Shown piece after piece: positions 1-9,413 of a DNA stretch of 64,000 bases. The notes beneath the pieces were generated by a model that worked only from the letters and a program-made list of their open reading frames with translations, made no database searches and was not told the DNA's origin. The translations under genes were made by a program, and so were the position numbers. Each line of letters begins with the position of its first letter. The stretch's first letter is position 1. Source of the stretch: an uncultured Phycisphaerae bacterium (GTDB lineage Bacteria > Planctomycetota > Phycisphaerae > UBA1845 > PWPN01); assembly GCA_938005315.1 (NCBI GenBank), contig CALLOB010000005.1, positions 19,413 to 83,412 of the forward strand, in the 5' to 3' direction.

Positions 1-801
1 GAGTCGCTCCAGCAGCAGGTCGATCGCCTGCCGGGGGTCGGTCATGACCCGGCCGTGGGAGGGCACCAGCAGATCGGCCCCGGCGTCGCGGATGCGTCGA
101 AGGCTTCCGGCCAGCATCCAGCGGGCGCCCATGAAACCGTGGTAGTCGTAGATCGTCCGCTCGCCGCGGGAGAAGCCCTTCTGCAGGCTGTGAAGGTCCC
201 AGACCCGGCCGGCATCGAAGATCGCGTCGCCGCAGAAGATGGTTGTCCTTCCATCGACCCGGACCTGGAGGCTGATCGAGCCGTCGGTGTGGCCCGGCGT
301 GTCCAGGACGGTGATTCGTGCCGGTCCGAAGTCCAGAGTCTGCCCATCAGCCAGCGTATCGTCGGCCGACAGCGGCTCGATCGGCATGAGGCGGCTCGGC
401 CTGAACGCGTAGTTATGCCAGCGTTGCCGGGGATCGTTCCAGAACCGCTCGGGATGATCGAACCACTCCCGTTCCCGGGCCGGTACCAGCACCCGGGCGC
501 CATCGGCCGCGAACCGGCCGGCGCCGCAGAGCTGATCGCGGTGGTAATGGGTGAAGGCCAGCGACACAACCCGGGCGACGCCCAGTGCCTGAAGCGAATC
601 GGCGACCCGGCCGTCGCCGCAGTCGATCAGGAGGGCGCGATCGGCGTCCAGAACGATGCCGGTGTTGACCGGGCCGTGGAACACCGCCAGGTGCTCGGAA
701 AGCCGCGTCAGGCGGGGCTCCCCGGCCCGGGCGGAGACCGCCGCGACCAGCACAAGCCACCATCCGGCCTGCAGCCGCCTGCGCGTCAGATTTGCGATCA
801 T
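1..801 (-). CDS. MBL-fold metallo-hydrolase (3' end cut by window edge)
   Basis: This is my own translation of the minus frame; it is missing from the ORF track because it runs off the window start. The N-terminus MIANLTRRRLQAGWWLVLVAAVSARA is signal-like. Metallo-beta-lactamase motifs are present: LAFTHYHRDQ (HxHxDH-type), LDTPGHTDGS and VPSHG. The ATG complement is at 799-801. The long + ORF 55..867 is its antisense shadow. Confidence 0.7.
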   Translation of the reverse strand, partial: MIANLTRRRLQAGWWLVLVAAVSARAGEPRLTRLSEHLAVFHGPVNTGIVLDADRALLIDCGDGRVADSLQALGVARVVSLAFTHYHRDQLCGAGRFAADGARVLVPAREREWFDHPERFWNDPRQRWHNYAFRPSRLMPIEPLSADDTLADGQTLDFGPARITVLDTPGHTDGSISLQVRVDGRTTIFCGDAIFDAGRVWDLHSLQKGFSRGERTIYDYHGFMGARWMLAGSLRRIRDAGADLLVPSHGRVMTDPRQAIDLLLERL

Positions 802-829
802 CCGTGTCTCCCGCCGTACCCGCCGGGAC

Positions 830-1411
830 TCAGCAGTCCGGACTCCCGGGCATGCCCGGCCCCGTGAGGCATCGCTGCAGAATGCCGAAATCGGCCGCAT
901 CCACGTCGTGGTCGCGGTCCAGGTCCGCCTCGCGGCAGGCCGGGTCCGGCTGCGGCACGCCCGGAGCCGTGCGGAACAAGTTCTCGAAATCCGGGATGTA
1001 CGGCTCGTCGGGCGGAAAACGGTATCCGATGCCCGGGCCGTACTGGTCGAGAATCCCCTGCGGCAGGGCCCAGTCGGGCCTCAGGCGCGAGTGGGCGAAC
1101 ACGGTCAGGCCGCGGGCGAGGGCCTCTTCCACCTGGTGGTCCACGTACGACCAGTCGCACACTCCGCGGACGCGCTCGATGTCCCCCCAGGCGAAGTTGG
1201 CCGGGCAGTTGGTGCCGCCCATCTGGAGGATCCTGTCCATGCTGCGGCGGTCGAACTCCCGGGCGTCCTGCGGCGCCAGTTGCAGCCACTGGCCCCAGGT
1301 GATGCCGCAGCCGAAGATGTACGGCCGGGATTCGGCCGCCGCCGGCACCGCCGCGCCGAACAACGCGGTGATCGAAGCCGTCGCGGTAAAAAGTCGCGGC
1401 GCCGGTCTCAT
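830..1411 (-). CDS. Secreted protein: short glycoside-hydrolase-like fragment plus dockerin/EF-hand-like C-terminal module
   Basis: ORF track, 193 aa. It has a signal peptide (MRPAPRLFTATASITALFGAAVPAAA). The segment FAWGDIERVRGVCDWSYVDHQVEEALARGLTVFA resembles the start of TIM-barrel GH domains (W..IE...G.ydWs.vD..v..a...Gl). The C-terminus is DLDRDHDVDAADFGILQRCLTGPG. Confidence 0.6.
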   Translation of the reverse strand: MRPAPRLFTATASITALFGAAVPAAAESRPYIFGCGITWGQWLQLAPQDAREFDRRSMDRILQMGGTNCPANFAWGDIERVRGVCDWSYVDHQVEEALARGLTVFAHSRLRPDWALPQGILDQYGPGIGYRFPPDEPYIPDFENLFRTAPGVPQPDPACREADLDRDHDVDAADFGILQRCLTGPGMPGSPDC

Positions 1412-2334
1412 CCCCGGCCCCCCATCGGACGTTCAGGCCGGGCCTCGCCGTCCGATAAAGAAACGATTCGTCCGCATTTTGGCCCGTGCGTCCCGGAGAC
1501 CGGGTCGGACCGGGCACCCCCGTCGCGTGCGGCCGGGCCTCGATGGGCGTGCGTTCCCCGGTCCTGCCGGGGGATGCCGGCGGCATCCAACTGCGTCGAT
1601 CATAAATGATCCTATCGACCCGGTTCAACCCCAGTCGCGCATTTCACGTTGGAACATGGGCTTACGTCCTGTCGCGGTTACGGCGAGGTCGAGTCGCTGG
1701 CGGGGCGCATCCGCGTTAGGGGTCGGTCGTCCGGGGTCTCCCGGAGGCCGAAAAACGCCGTGGTCTGTCTGCGTCGAGGGCTCGGTCGGGACCTCGGCGG
1801 TCCGCCCGCTCCCGCAGGGTTCTTCGCCTGAATCCCAGACCTGCTTTGCCGGTCCGTCCGGCGAAGGATTCATTCCCCGGCGGCCCTGCCCGGCCCCGAG
1901 CGTTACCGGGCCCTTTCAAACCGGGTCAAAACTGGTTTTTTCTGGTCTTTGAGACTTGAATCCGTCCGCGCGATACGATAAAGTACAGGAGGTGCAATTC
2001 GGCGGACTGCAAGTCGGCAGAGGAGGAGAGGTGGTCCGCACCGTGCGTCCGCAACGAGGAGGATGAGTATCCGTGGGCTTTGCCCGGGCTTCCCGGCGGC
2101 GTCTGACGGCCCAGGATCCCATTCGGGGTGGAATCGTCGGCAAAAGATGAGGCGCGATGGCCGGTCATGGGTTCCACACGCAGTGCGTGGTGTGTTCCCG
2201 GCGTGCCGAGGCGCTTGAACGAGTCGCACAATAACCAGTCGCACAAGCCACCGCCGGTCGCCTGGTCGACCGATGGACAGTCAGTGAGGTCGGAGTCGTT
2301 TGTGGTGTTCTTCTTGACGCGAAAGGAGCGGGTC

Positions 2335-4671
2335 ATGGTGAAAAGGTCTCATCGTAAGGCCGGATCGGCGAGCAGGGTCGTCGGCGTGTCCGTGGTACTT
2401 GCACTGGCCGGGCAGGCCGTGGCGGCCGAGCTTCTGGTCACCAGCCGCCTGACCAACCAGGTGCTCGAGTTCGACGCCTCCACAGGGGCGTTCGTCGGCA
2501 TCTTCGCCGGCGCCGGAAAGGACGGTAGCGGGCTGCAGGATCCCCGCGGCATCCTGCTGGGTTCCGACGGCAACATCTACGTGGCCAGCTATGCCACCGA
2601 CAGCGTGAAAAAGTACAGCGCCACCGGAACCTACATCGGCGACTTCGTCACCGCCGGCAGCGGCGGCCTGGACGGCCCGGACGGCATGACCTGGGGCCCG
2701 GACGGCAACCTGTACGTCAGCAGCAACCTGAACCACCGCGTTTTGCGGTACCAGGGGCCCGGCGGGGCCTCGCCCGGGGCGTTCATCGACACCTTCGTCA
2801 CCGCCGGAAGCGGCGGACTGAACCAGCCCAGGGGCCTGATGTTCGGCAACGATCAGTTCTCGCCCGGTCCGGTGATCCCCGGCCCGGCCCAGGACGGCTA
2901 TCCCGAGCTGCTGGTCTGCAGCTGGGGCAGCGGCAAGATCCTGCGGTACAACGGCCAGGCCACCCCGAGCCTGGCCGCCGGCGCGTTCCTGGACGTCTAC
3001 GCCGACGCCGCCAATGTTCAGCACCTGATCTTCGAGCGGTTCGTCGAGGACAGCTGGCGCTACGACCGGATCGTCAACGGCAACATCCTGGCTTCGCTGG
3101 ACGCCGGCAACCTGATCGGCATCTACAGCGGCACCTACTCCAAGGCCGAGCACTTCATCGCCACCGGCATGGATACCAACTTCTACGGGCCTTTCTACGT
3201 CGAGCAGCTGTCCTCGCCGCGCGGTTTGGCCTGGGGTCCGGACCGCGGTAGCAACGGCAATGTGGGGTCCAGCTACCGCGACGGCTTCAATGACCTGGCC
3301 ATCGCCAACTATATCTGGGACAACATCCGCGTGGCCGGGGCCGACGAATCCGACCTCGGCATTCTCGTGGCTGCCAAGGCCGGCGGCCTGGACGGACCGA
3401 GCTACCTGCTGTTCAAGTGCGGCGACAAGACGCCGACGCTGGTCCGCAGGGTGGTCAACAACAATGCCCTCCTGGGGAGCACGCATACTCTCCGCCTGCA
3501 GGGCGACAACCTCGCCAGCATCACCGCCGTCCGGCTGCGCAAGATGCGCGACAGCGGTTCGCTGGCCAGCGACGGCACCGGCCGGATCGACGGCTTCAAC
3601 CTCCGCATGGACGGCAACGACGTGCTGGTGGACTTCAACCTGACCGTCAACTATCAGGGCAACCCCGTGGAGTGCGGCCGATACATGGTCCAGCCGTTCG
3701 ACTCCTGCGGCATCAGCAACTGGATGCCCGACACCGTCCTGGTCTACGCCCCCGAGCTGCTGAACACCAGCTTCGAGGAAGGGTATGTGGTCGATCCCCG
3801 GGAGGCCAACAATGTCTGCGAAAACCCCAGCCAATGGGACCCCAACGGCGGCGGCAACAAAACCAAGCCCAAGCACTGGGACGTGCGGAAGTACGGCTGG
3901 CAGACTCAGCTCGACATCAAGCGGGACGGCAACGTGTGGCATCCCTGCACCAGCCCCACCGGCCCCGGCAGCTACGCCGAGGGCATGACCGGCGATCACT
4001 ACGGCAGCATCCACTGCAACATCTCCAACGACGACGAGGCGGTGATGTGGCAGACCATCGCGGCCCCCGACGTCAGCACCAAGCCCTACCGTGTGTATGT
4101 CGATGCCCACATGGCCAGCTTCGAGCGGCTCAGCTACGGCTACATCCGGCTGATCGACGGCATCGACAGGATCGGGGCCGGGGTGGTCATTGCCGAAACG
4201 CAGATCCCCAACACGCAGACCATCGACGACAACGCCATCGTCCGCAGTCCGGACTTCGTGGCCACGGTGCCCCAGGGCTACGTGTTCCAGTCGGATCCGC
4301 CGCTGCTGACGGTGATGTTCGTGCTCAAGTCGGTGACCGGCGACGTATGCCCGGCGGGCTCTCCCGACTGCGGCTATCCCACGGTCGATCTGGCGCTCAA
4401 GGGTCTGCACCTGGACGCGGTCCGCAACACGTTCCAGCCCTGCCCGAACAGCCCGTGGGCGGATACCGACAACGATGACGATGTCGACAGCGACGACTTC
4501 GCCTTCTTCCAGCGCTGCCTGACGGTGGGCGACAACCAGCCGATGGACCCCGCCTGCCAGTGCCTGGACCGCAACGGCGACAACCTGATCGACATCGAGA
4601 ACGACTTCGTCCAGTTCCAGCTGTGCGGAACCGGACCGGGCGTGACCACTGTCGCTCCGGGTTGCGAATAA
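2335..4671 (+). CDS. Large secreted NHL-repeat (beta-propeller) protein with two C-terminal dockerin/EF-hand-like repeats
   Basis: This is the frame of ORF 2128..4671. I place the start at ATG 2335, preceded by gaaaGGAGcgggtc, which gives MVKRSHRKAGSASRVVGVSVVLALAGQAVAA. NHL-like repeats are present (GILLGSDGNIYVASYATDSVKKY, GMTWGPDGNLYVSSNLNHRVLRY). The C-terminus is DTDNDDDVDSDDFAFFQRCLT...DRNGDNLIDIENDFVQFQLCGTGPG. Confidence 0.75.
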   Translation: MVKRSHRKAGSASRVVGVSVVLALAGQAVAAELLVTSRLTNQVLEFDASTGAFVGIFAGAGKDGSGLQDPRGILLGSDGNIYVASYATDSVKKYSATGTYIGDFVTAGSGGLDGPDGMTWGPDGNLYVSSNLNHRVLRYQGPGGASPGAFIDTFVTAGSGGLNQPRGLMFGNDQFSPGPVIPGPAQDGYPELLVCSWGSGKILRYNGQATPSLAAGAFLDVYADAANVQHLIFERFVEDSWRYDRIVNGNILASLDAGNLIGIYSGTYSKAEHFIATGMDTNFYGPFYVEQLSSPRGLAWGPDRGSNGNVGSSYRDGFNDLAIANYIWDNIRVAGADESDLGILVAAKAGGLDGPSYLLFKCGDKTPTLVRRVVNNNALLGSTHTLRLQGDNLASITAVRLRKMRDSGSLASDGTGRIDGFNLRMDGNDVLVDFNLTVNYQGNPVECGRYMVQPFDSCGISNWMPDTVLVYAPELLNTSFEEGYVVDPREANNVCENPSQWDPNGGGNKTKPKHWDVRKYGWQTQLDIKRDGNVWHPCTSPTGPGSYAEGMTGDHYGSIHCNISNDDEAVMWQTIAAPDVSTKPYRVYVDAHMASFERLSYGYIRLIDGIDRIGAGVVIAETQIPNTQTIDDNAIVRSPDFVATVPQGYVFQSDPPLLTVMFVLKSVTGDVCPAGSPDCGYPTVDLALKGLHLDAVRNTFQPCPNSPWADTDNDDDVDSDDFAFFQRCLTVGDNQPMDPACQCLDRNGDNLIDIENDFVQFQLCGTGPGVTTVAPGCE

Positions 4672-4682
4672 GCCCCGGCGCT

Positions 4683-4700
4683 GCGGATCGAACGATCCGC
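4683..4700. terminator. Hairpin in convergent intergenic region (NHL gene / metF)
   Basis: GCGGATCG-AA-CGATCCGC is a perfect 8-nt inverted repeat lying 12 nt after the stop at 4671. A second GC hairpin, GGCCCCCCG-N17-CGGGGGGCC, lies at 4726..4760. Neither is followed by a strong U-tract. Confidence 0.3.
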
Positions 4701-4823
4701 ACCCTTCTGAGGATCTGTTCCCGGCGGCCCCCCGGCGTGCCCAGCGCATGTCGGGGGGCCGCGATCGTCTGCACGACCGCGGGCCGGCCCGGATTCAGGC
4801 CGCCCGGAGCAGGCCGTGCCGGC

Positions 4824-5708
4824 TCAGCCGCCGCCGGCGATGAGCCCCAGGTCGCGCATTACCTCGGCGGTGGAGGCCGCCCGGTTGAGCGTGTAGAAAT
4901 GGATCCCGGGCACCTTGCGGGCGATCAGTTCCCGGCACATGTCCGTGGCCAGTTCCACGCCGTAGCGGCGACAGGAGGCCGGATCGTCGGCGTACTGCTC
5001 CAGGCGGGCCTGCACCGCCGGCGGAATGCGGGCCCCGCACAGCGAACAGAAGCGGTTGATCTGCTGGGTACTGAGAATGGGCAGGACGCCGGCGACAATC
5101 GGCACGGTGACGCCCATGCGGTTGCGCAGGAAGTCCGTGAAGGCCCAGAAGTCCTCCAGGTCATAGAACAGCTGGGTGATGATCACGTCGGCTCCGGCGG
5201 CGACCTTTTCGGCGCAGTGGCGCCAGTCCTCGGTGCGGTCGGGGCACTCGGGATGGCCCTCCGGGTAACCGGCCACCGCGATGTCGAATCCGCCGCGCCG
5301 CCTGATATGGGCGACCAGTTCCGCGGCCCGCTGAAACCCGTCGGGCACCGGGCGAAAACCGGCGTCGCCCCTGGGCGGGTCGCCGCGCAGGGCCACGATG
5401 TTGGCGACGCCCAGGCCCGCGGCCTCGTCGAGGTAGGCGTCGATCTGCTCGCGGGAGGATCCCACGCAGGTCAGGTGGCTGGCGATCTCGATCCCGAATT
5501 CCCGCGCGATCCGGCCGACGACCTCCAGGGTCTGTTCGCGGGTGCTGCCCCCGGCGCCATAGGTGCAGGTCAGGAAAGCCGGCGAGAGTCGCAGCAAGGC
5601 CGGCAGTTCATCTTCGAACAGCCGGGCGTGGGCCTCCGGCGTCTTGGGGGGGAAAAGCTCGAAGGATACGACCAGTTCCCGCTGCCGGTGAAACTCCGAG
5701 AATCGCAA
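4824..5708 (-). CDS. metF: 5,10-methylenetetrahydrofolate reductase
   Basis: MetF-like sequence runs throughout (VSFELFPPKT, TCTYGAGGST, HLTCVG, NIVALRGDPP, AGYPEGHP, ITQLFYD). I trimmed the ORF-track start (5870) to TTG 5708-5706, preceded by caGGAGGGAGtgga. This gives 294 aa, matching the usual MetF length. Confidence 0.85.
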   Translation of the reverse strand: MRFSEFHRQRELVVSFELFPPKTPEAHARLFEDELPALLRLSPAFLTCTYGAGGSTREQTLEVVGRIAREFGIEIASHLTCVGSSREQIDAYLDEAAGLGVANIVALRGDPPRGDAGFRPVPDGFQRAAELVAHIRRRGGFDIAVAGYPEGHPECPDRTEDWRHCAEKVAAGADVIITQLFYDLEDFWAFTDFLRNRMGVTVPIVAGVLPILSTQQINRFCSLCGARIPPAVQARLEQYADDPASCRRYGVELATDMCRELIARKVPGIHFYTLNRAASTAEVMRDLGLIAGGG

Positions 5709-5796
5709 TCCACTCCCTCCTGGCAGGCCGGCCGCTTGAGCCGATCGGACGTTCGCGTGCCGGAGACGCCGACACCGCGCGACCGACCGGCCCGGC

Positions 5797-5826
5797 AGTG
5801 TATTGCACTTCGCGGGCGACATCCAA
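5797..5826 (-). promoter_or_regulatory. Candidate sigma-70-like promoter for metF
   Basis: The minus strand reads TTGGAT-18 nt-TACACT. This would leave an ~80-nt leader before the TTG start. Confidence 0.3.
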
Positions 5827-5866
5827 CCCGCGCCGGAAGCCGACGACTGCTGACGACCCTTTGCGG

Positions 5867-7396
5867 TCACATCCGCCGATCCAGCCGCCGGTACATGACC
5901 GCCTCGGTGAGGTGCTCGGCCCGGATCGGCCCGCCGCCGTCGAGGTCGGCGATGGTGCGCGCGACCCGCAGGATCTTGTCATGGGCCCGGGCGCTGAGCC
6001 CCAGTTCGGTAAGCGCCTGCCGCAGCAGGGCCTCGCCGGCCGGGTCCAGCACGCAGTGGCGGCGGAGCTGGCGGGGACCCATCCGGGCGTTGAGCATGGT
6101 GGTGCCGTCGCCGAACCGCTCGCGCTGCACCTGCCGGGCCCGCAGCACCTGCTCGCGCATGGTCGCGCTGTCGCTGCCCTCGCGGCCGCCGCGCAGCTCG
6201 CGATACGGCACCGGCGGAACCTCGATGTGGATATCGATCCTGTCGATCAGGGGCCCGCTGATGCGCGAGAGGTACTTGTCGATCTGGCTGGGCGAGCACT
6301 TGCAGGGTTTGTTGGGGTCGGTGAAGTAGCCGCAGGGACAGGGGTTCATGGCGGCCACGAGCATGAACCGCGCCGGAAACAGCACCGAGGCATGCGCCCG
6401 GGCGATGGTCACCGTGCCGTCCTCCAGCGGCTGACGCAGCGTCTCCAGGATCGTCCGCGGGAACTCCGGGAACTCGTCCAGGAACAGCAGCCCGTGGTGG
6501 GCCAGCGAGACCTCGCCGGCTTGCGGCACCGTGCCCCCGCCCACCAGGGCCGGACCGCTGGCCGAGTGGTGCGGGCTGCGTACCGGCCTGCGGGCCATCA
6601 ACGGCTCGCCGGGCGGCAGCTTGCCGGCAGCCGACCAGATCCGCGTGGTCTCCAGCGACTCGGCCAGCCCCAGCGGGGGCAGGATCGTCGGCAGCCGCTT
6701 GGAGAGCATCGTCTTGCCGGTGCCCGGCGGCCCGATCAGCAGCACGTTGTGCCCGCCGGCGGCGGCGATCACCAGAGCCCGCTTGGCCGACTCCTGCCCG
6801 CGGACCTCGCCGAAGTCCACGTCGTACTGCGAGGCCTGCCCGAAGACCTCGTCGATGTCGATGGTCGTCGGCTCCAGCGGCAGCTGCTCGTTCAGAAAGC
6901 CCACCGCCTCGGCCAGCGTGCCGATGCCGATGACCTCTACGTCGCCGACCACTGCCGCCTCGGCGGCGTTCTCCCGCGGCACCAGCACGCCGGCCAGCCG
7001 CCGGTCGCGGGCCAGCATGGCCATCGACAGCGCCCCGCGGATCGGCCGGACCCGCCCGTCCAGGGCCAGCTCGCCGGCGATCAGGTAGCGACCGACCTTC
7101 TCCGGCGTGCCCTCGCCCCCGGCGTAGATCATGCCCAGAGCGATCGGCAGGTCGAACGCCGGGCCCTCCTTCTTCGTGTCCGCAGGGGCGAGGTTGACCA
7201 CCGCCTTGGTCCGCGGCCAGTCGTAGCCGCTGTTCCGCAGCGCGGACCGCACGCGCTCCAGGCTCTCCTTGACCGCCGCATCCGGCAGCCCCACGATCAC
7301 CGGCGGGGCCATGCCCGAGGAGGCCACGTCCACCTCGACCTCGCAGCCGATCGCATCGATCCCGACCAAGGCCATGCTGTGGAGACGTGAGAGCAT
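5867..7396 (-). CDS. comM: YifB/ComM family Mg-chelatase-like AAA ATPase
   Basis: The N-terminus is MLSRLHSMALVGIDAIGCEVEVDV. Walker A is GPPGTGKT and Walker B is LFLDEFPEF. The C-terminal helix LSARAHDKILRVARTIADLDG is present. The start is trimmed to the second Met (7396). Confidence 0.85.
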   Translation of the reverse strand: MLSRLHSMALVGIDAIGCEVEVDVASSGMAPPVIVGLPDAAVKESLERVRSALRNSGYDWPRTKAVVNLAPADTKKEGPAFDLPIALGMIYAGGEGTPEKVGRYLIAGELALDGRVRPIRGALSMAMLARDRRLAGVLVPRENAAEAAVVGDVEVIGIGTLAEAVGFLNEQLPLEPTTIDIDEVFGQASQYDVDFGEVRGQESAKRALVIAAAGGHNVLLIGPPGTGKTMLSKRLPTILPPLGLAESLETTRIWSAAGKLPPGEPLMARRPVRSPHHSASGPALVGGGTVPQAGEVSLAHHGLLFLDEFPEFPRTILETLRQPLEDGTVTIARAHASVLFPARFMLVAAMNPCPCGYFTDPNKPCKCSPSQIDKYLSRISGPLIDRIDIHIEVPPVPYRELRGGREGSDSATMREQVLRARQVQRERFGDGTTMLNARMGPRQLRRHCVLDPAGEALLRQALTELGLSARAHDKILRVARTIADLDGGGPIRAEHLTEAVMYRRLDRRM

Positions 7397-7472
7397 GACC
7401 GGGAGTCTAGGTGCACGGACGGAGTTTGGCAAGTGTAAGGGATGCCGTCCCGCGGCCCGCCCGGCCCGGCGC

Positions 7473-7985
7473 TCAGCGGATCCGACCGCCCCGCCGCCGC
7501 ATCAGCGCGAGCCCCAGCAGGCTCAGGCCCGCTGCCTGGCATGCGCCGCCGCCACAGATGGCCGGCACCCAGGCACGGTCCAGGAAGCTTGCCTCGAGGG
7601 CCATCCTGTCGGTCAGCACCACCTCGATCGTCGCAGACGTCGATGAAACCGCGCCGCTCCATCCGGCGAACAGGTCGCAGTCCTCCTCCGCCTCAGCCCG
7701 CAGCACAAGCCGCGTTCCGGCCGGAAAAGCCCTGGGTTCCCCATGACGGAAGAAGGTCGGGGATTCCGCATCGCTGCCGGGGACGCTGCGGATGGTTCCA
7801 GGACCTGTGATCCTGATCGTGAGGCAGCCTTCATCGACACGGCCGTCGCAGTTGTCGTCGCGATCCCGAGGCCAAGCCGGCCATGCCGGCTGCCTCCGAA
7901 GGCGAACGTCACCCCTTCGTCGGCCTTGGCGTTTTGCGGCGCTGCGCATGGGATTGTGCCCGACAGGACGACCTTCAGCATGCAA
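7473..7985 (-). pseudogene. Probable frameshifted gene for a secreted protein with DNxCDGxxDE metal-binding-type motif and a PEP-CTERM-like C-terminal anchor
   Basis: The ORF-track frame (TTG start) has no signal peptide and low GC3 in its first ~35 codons. A different frame starting at ATG 7981 (MLKVVLSGTIPCAAPQNAKADEGVTFAFGGS) has high GC3 there, then decays near ~7860-7880. The C-terminus is VPAICGGGACQAAGLSLLGLALMRRRGGRIR. Confidence 0.4.
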
Positions 7986-8272
7986 GCCCAGCCCCGGACG
8001 ATCCGACCACGCCCCCCGACCGAAACCGGACTAATCCGGCGACCGAAGACCTCTGCGCGGCCTGGCGACGTGGATGGATTCCACACGGCATGCCTCTCTC
8101 CATCGGGAGGACGGTCACCTGGACCCGCTGCGGGCTGGTCCCCGGTCGTTCCCGCCGGACGCCGATGGATCGGCGGCCGGTGCTTGTGGGCGGGGGGTGA
8201 TCGGCTTAGCATGCCCGGCAGCCGGCGGCGCGGGTCGCCGGGCGGGCGACGGCGTATCGCGAGGGCCCCAAC

Positions 8273-9202
8273 GTGTCACCGGAATCCTTTTCGCGTCGGC
8301 GAGTGCTGCGAACGGCCGCGGGAGCGGTCGCCGGCATGGTCCTGAACGGGAACGCCGTCGGGCAGAACTCCGCTCCGGCCGGGTTGGCCGCGGGCGGACG
8401 ACCGCTCCCGGCCCGCCTGAAGCTCAGCCTGGCCGGCTACTCCTTCCGCAAGGAGCTGGACACGCCCGGAAAGCCCGGGGCGATGTCGCTGTTCGACCTG
8501 GCGGACCTCTGCGCCCGGCTGGACCTCGACGCGATCGAGCCGACCTCGTACTACTTCCTGCGGACCGACGACGAATGGCTCTACCGCCTCAAAAGCCACA
8601 TCTTCCGGCTGGGCCTGGAAATCAGCGGCACGCCGATCAACACCAACTTCGCGCTACCGTCCGGCGAGGAGCGCGACGCACAGCTGGCCCACTGCCGCGC
8701 CTGGGTGGACATCGCCGCCAAGCTCGGCTCGCCGACCATCCGCGTGTTCGCCGGACGGCCGCCCCAGGCCGGCACCCGCGAGGAGATGTTCAAGCAGGTG
8801 GTCGACGGCCTGATCCGCTCATGCGAATACGCCGGATCGCGCGGCATCTTCCTGGCCATCGAAAACCACGGCTACCTCACCGAGACGGCCGACGACCTGC
8901 TGCGGATCGTCGAGGCCGTTCGAAGCCCCTGGCTGGGCGTGAACCTCGACAGCGGCAACTTCCACGAGGCTCCTTACGAGAGCTTCGCCCGGGTCGCTCC
9001 GCACGCCATCGTCTGTCAGGTCAAGGCCGAGGTCCGGCTTGGAGGCGACCGCCGCGAGCCCACCGACTACCGCCGCATCGTCTCGATTCTCCGCGAAACC
9101 GGCTACCGGGGCTACCTGGCTTTGGAGTACGAGGGGCCGGACCCGGCCGTCAACGTGCCGATCGAGGTCTGCAAGCTCCAGGAGGCCGTGCGGACTCTCT
9201 GA
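8273..9202 (+). CDS. Sugar phosphate isomerase/epimerase (xylose-isomerase-like TIM barrel), Tat-signal
   Basis: GTG start. The Tat-like N-terminus is SRRRVLRTAAGAVAG. The body LSLAGYSFR...LDLDAIEP...IRVFAG...LAIENHG...NLDSGNF is typical of the AP-endonuclease-2/xylose-isomerase-like fold. Confidence 0.75.
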   Translation: MSPESFSRRRVLRTAAGAVAGMVLNGNAVGQNSAPAGLAAGGRPLPARLKLSLAGYSFRKELDTPGKPGAMSLFDLADLCARLDLDAIEPTSYYFLRTDDEWLYRLKSHIFRLGLEISGTPINTNFALPSGEERDAQLAHCRAWVDIAAKLGSPTIRVFAGRPPQAGTREEMFKQVVDGLIRSCEYAGSRGIFLAIENHGYLTETADDLLRIVEAVRSPWLGVNLDSGNFHEAPYESFARVAPHAIVCQVKAEVRLGGDRREPTDYRRIVSILRETGYRGYLALEYEGPDPAVNVPIEVCKLQEAVRTL

Positions 9203-9368
9203 GTCGGCCGGACCGGGTTTTTCGCCGACCTCGACGGTCAAGGCAGCGGCACAGCGGCCGGAACGCTCGCGCCCGGGCGGGAAGCATTCCTCCCGGAAAC
9301 AGGACTTGTCCGGGTGGCCGACCGGCCGACGATGCGCTAGAATCCCGGGCGATGGGTGAATGAATCCG

Positions 9369-9387
9369 AGGTGCCGGCGCGGCACCT
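9369..9387 (+). promoter_or_regulatory. Perfect 8-bp hairpin/palindrome in the peroxiredoxin leader
   Basis: AGGTGCCG-GCG-CGGCACCT lies ~12 nt upstream of the RBS aaAGGAGG and 27 nt upstream of ATG 9414. Confidence 0.3.
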
Positions 9388-9413
9388 GTCGACATGCAAA
9401 AGGAGGCTTGTTC

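Noticed and set aside
2281-4749. An 822-aa minus-strand ORF covering the whole NHL-repeat gene. Similar giants occur at 36795..40364 (1189 aa), 40571..44020 (1149 aa), 43705..46317 (870 aa), 25810..27804, 19562..21391, 20085..21794, 50479..52704 and 13321..15054.
   Set aside because: All are antisense or off-frame shadows of genes with clear motifs. Their products are monotonous Arg/Gly/Pro/Ala/His-rich strings with no recognisable domains. Stop codons are rare in every frame at this G+C content.
5709-5796. SAM or other riboswitch in the ~80-nt metF leader.
   Set aside because: I could not match any riboswitch consensus by eye. An Rfam scan is needed before any claim.
4824-5870. Long MetF form (348 aa) whose ATG overlaps the comM stop.
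   Set aside because: The extra 54 residues are Arg/Ala/Gly-rich, with no counterpart in MetF. A TTG start with a strong GGAGGGAG RBS at 5708 gives the canonical length.
9203-9230. Terminator after the isomerase gene (CCGGaCCGGG followed by T5).
   Set aside because: The stem is only ~4 bp and the U-tract is short. This is too weak to call.
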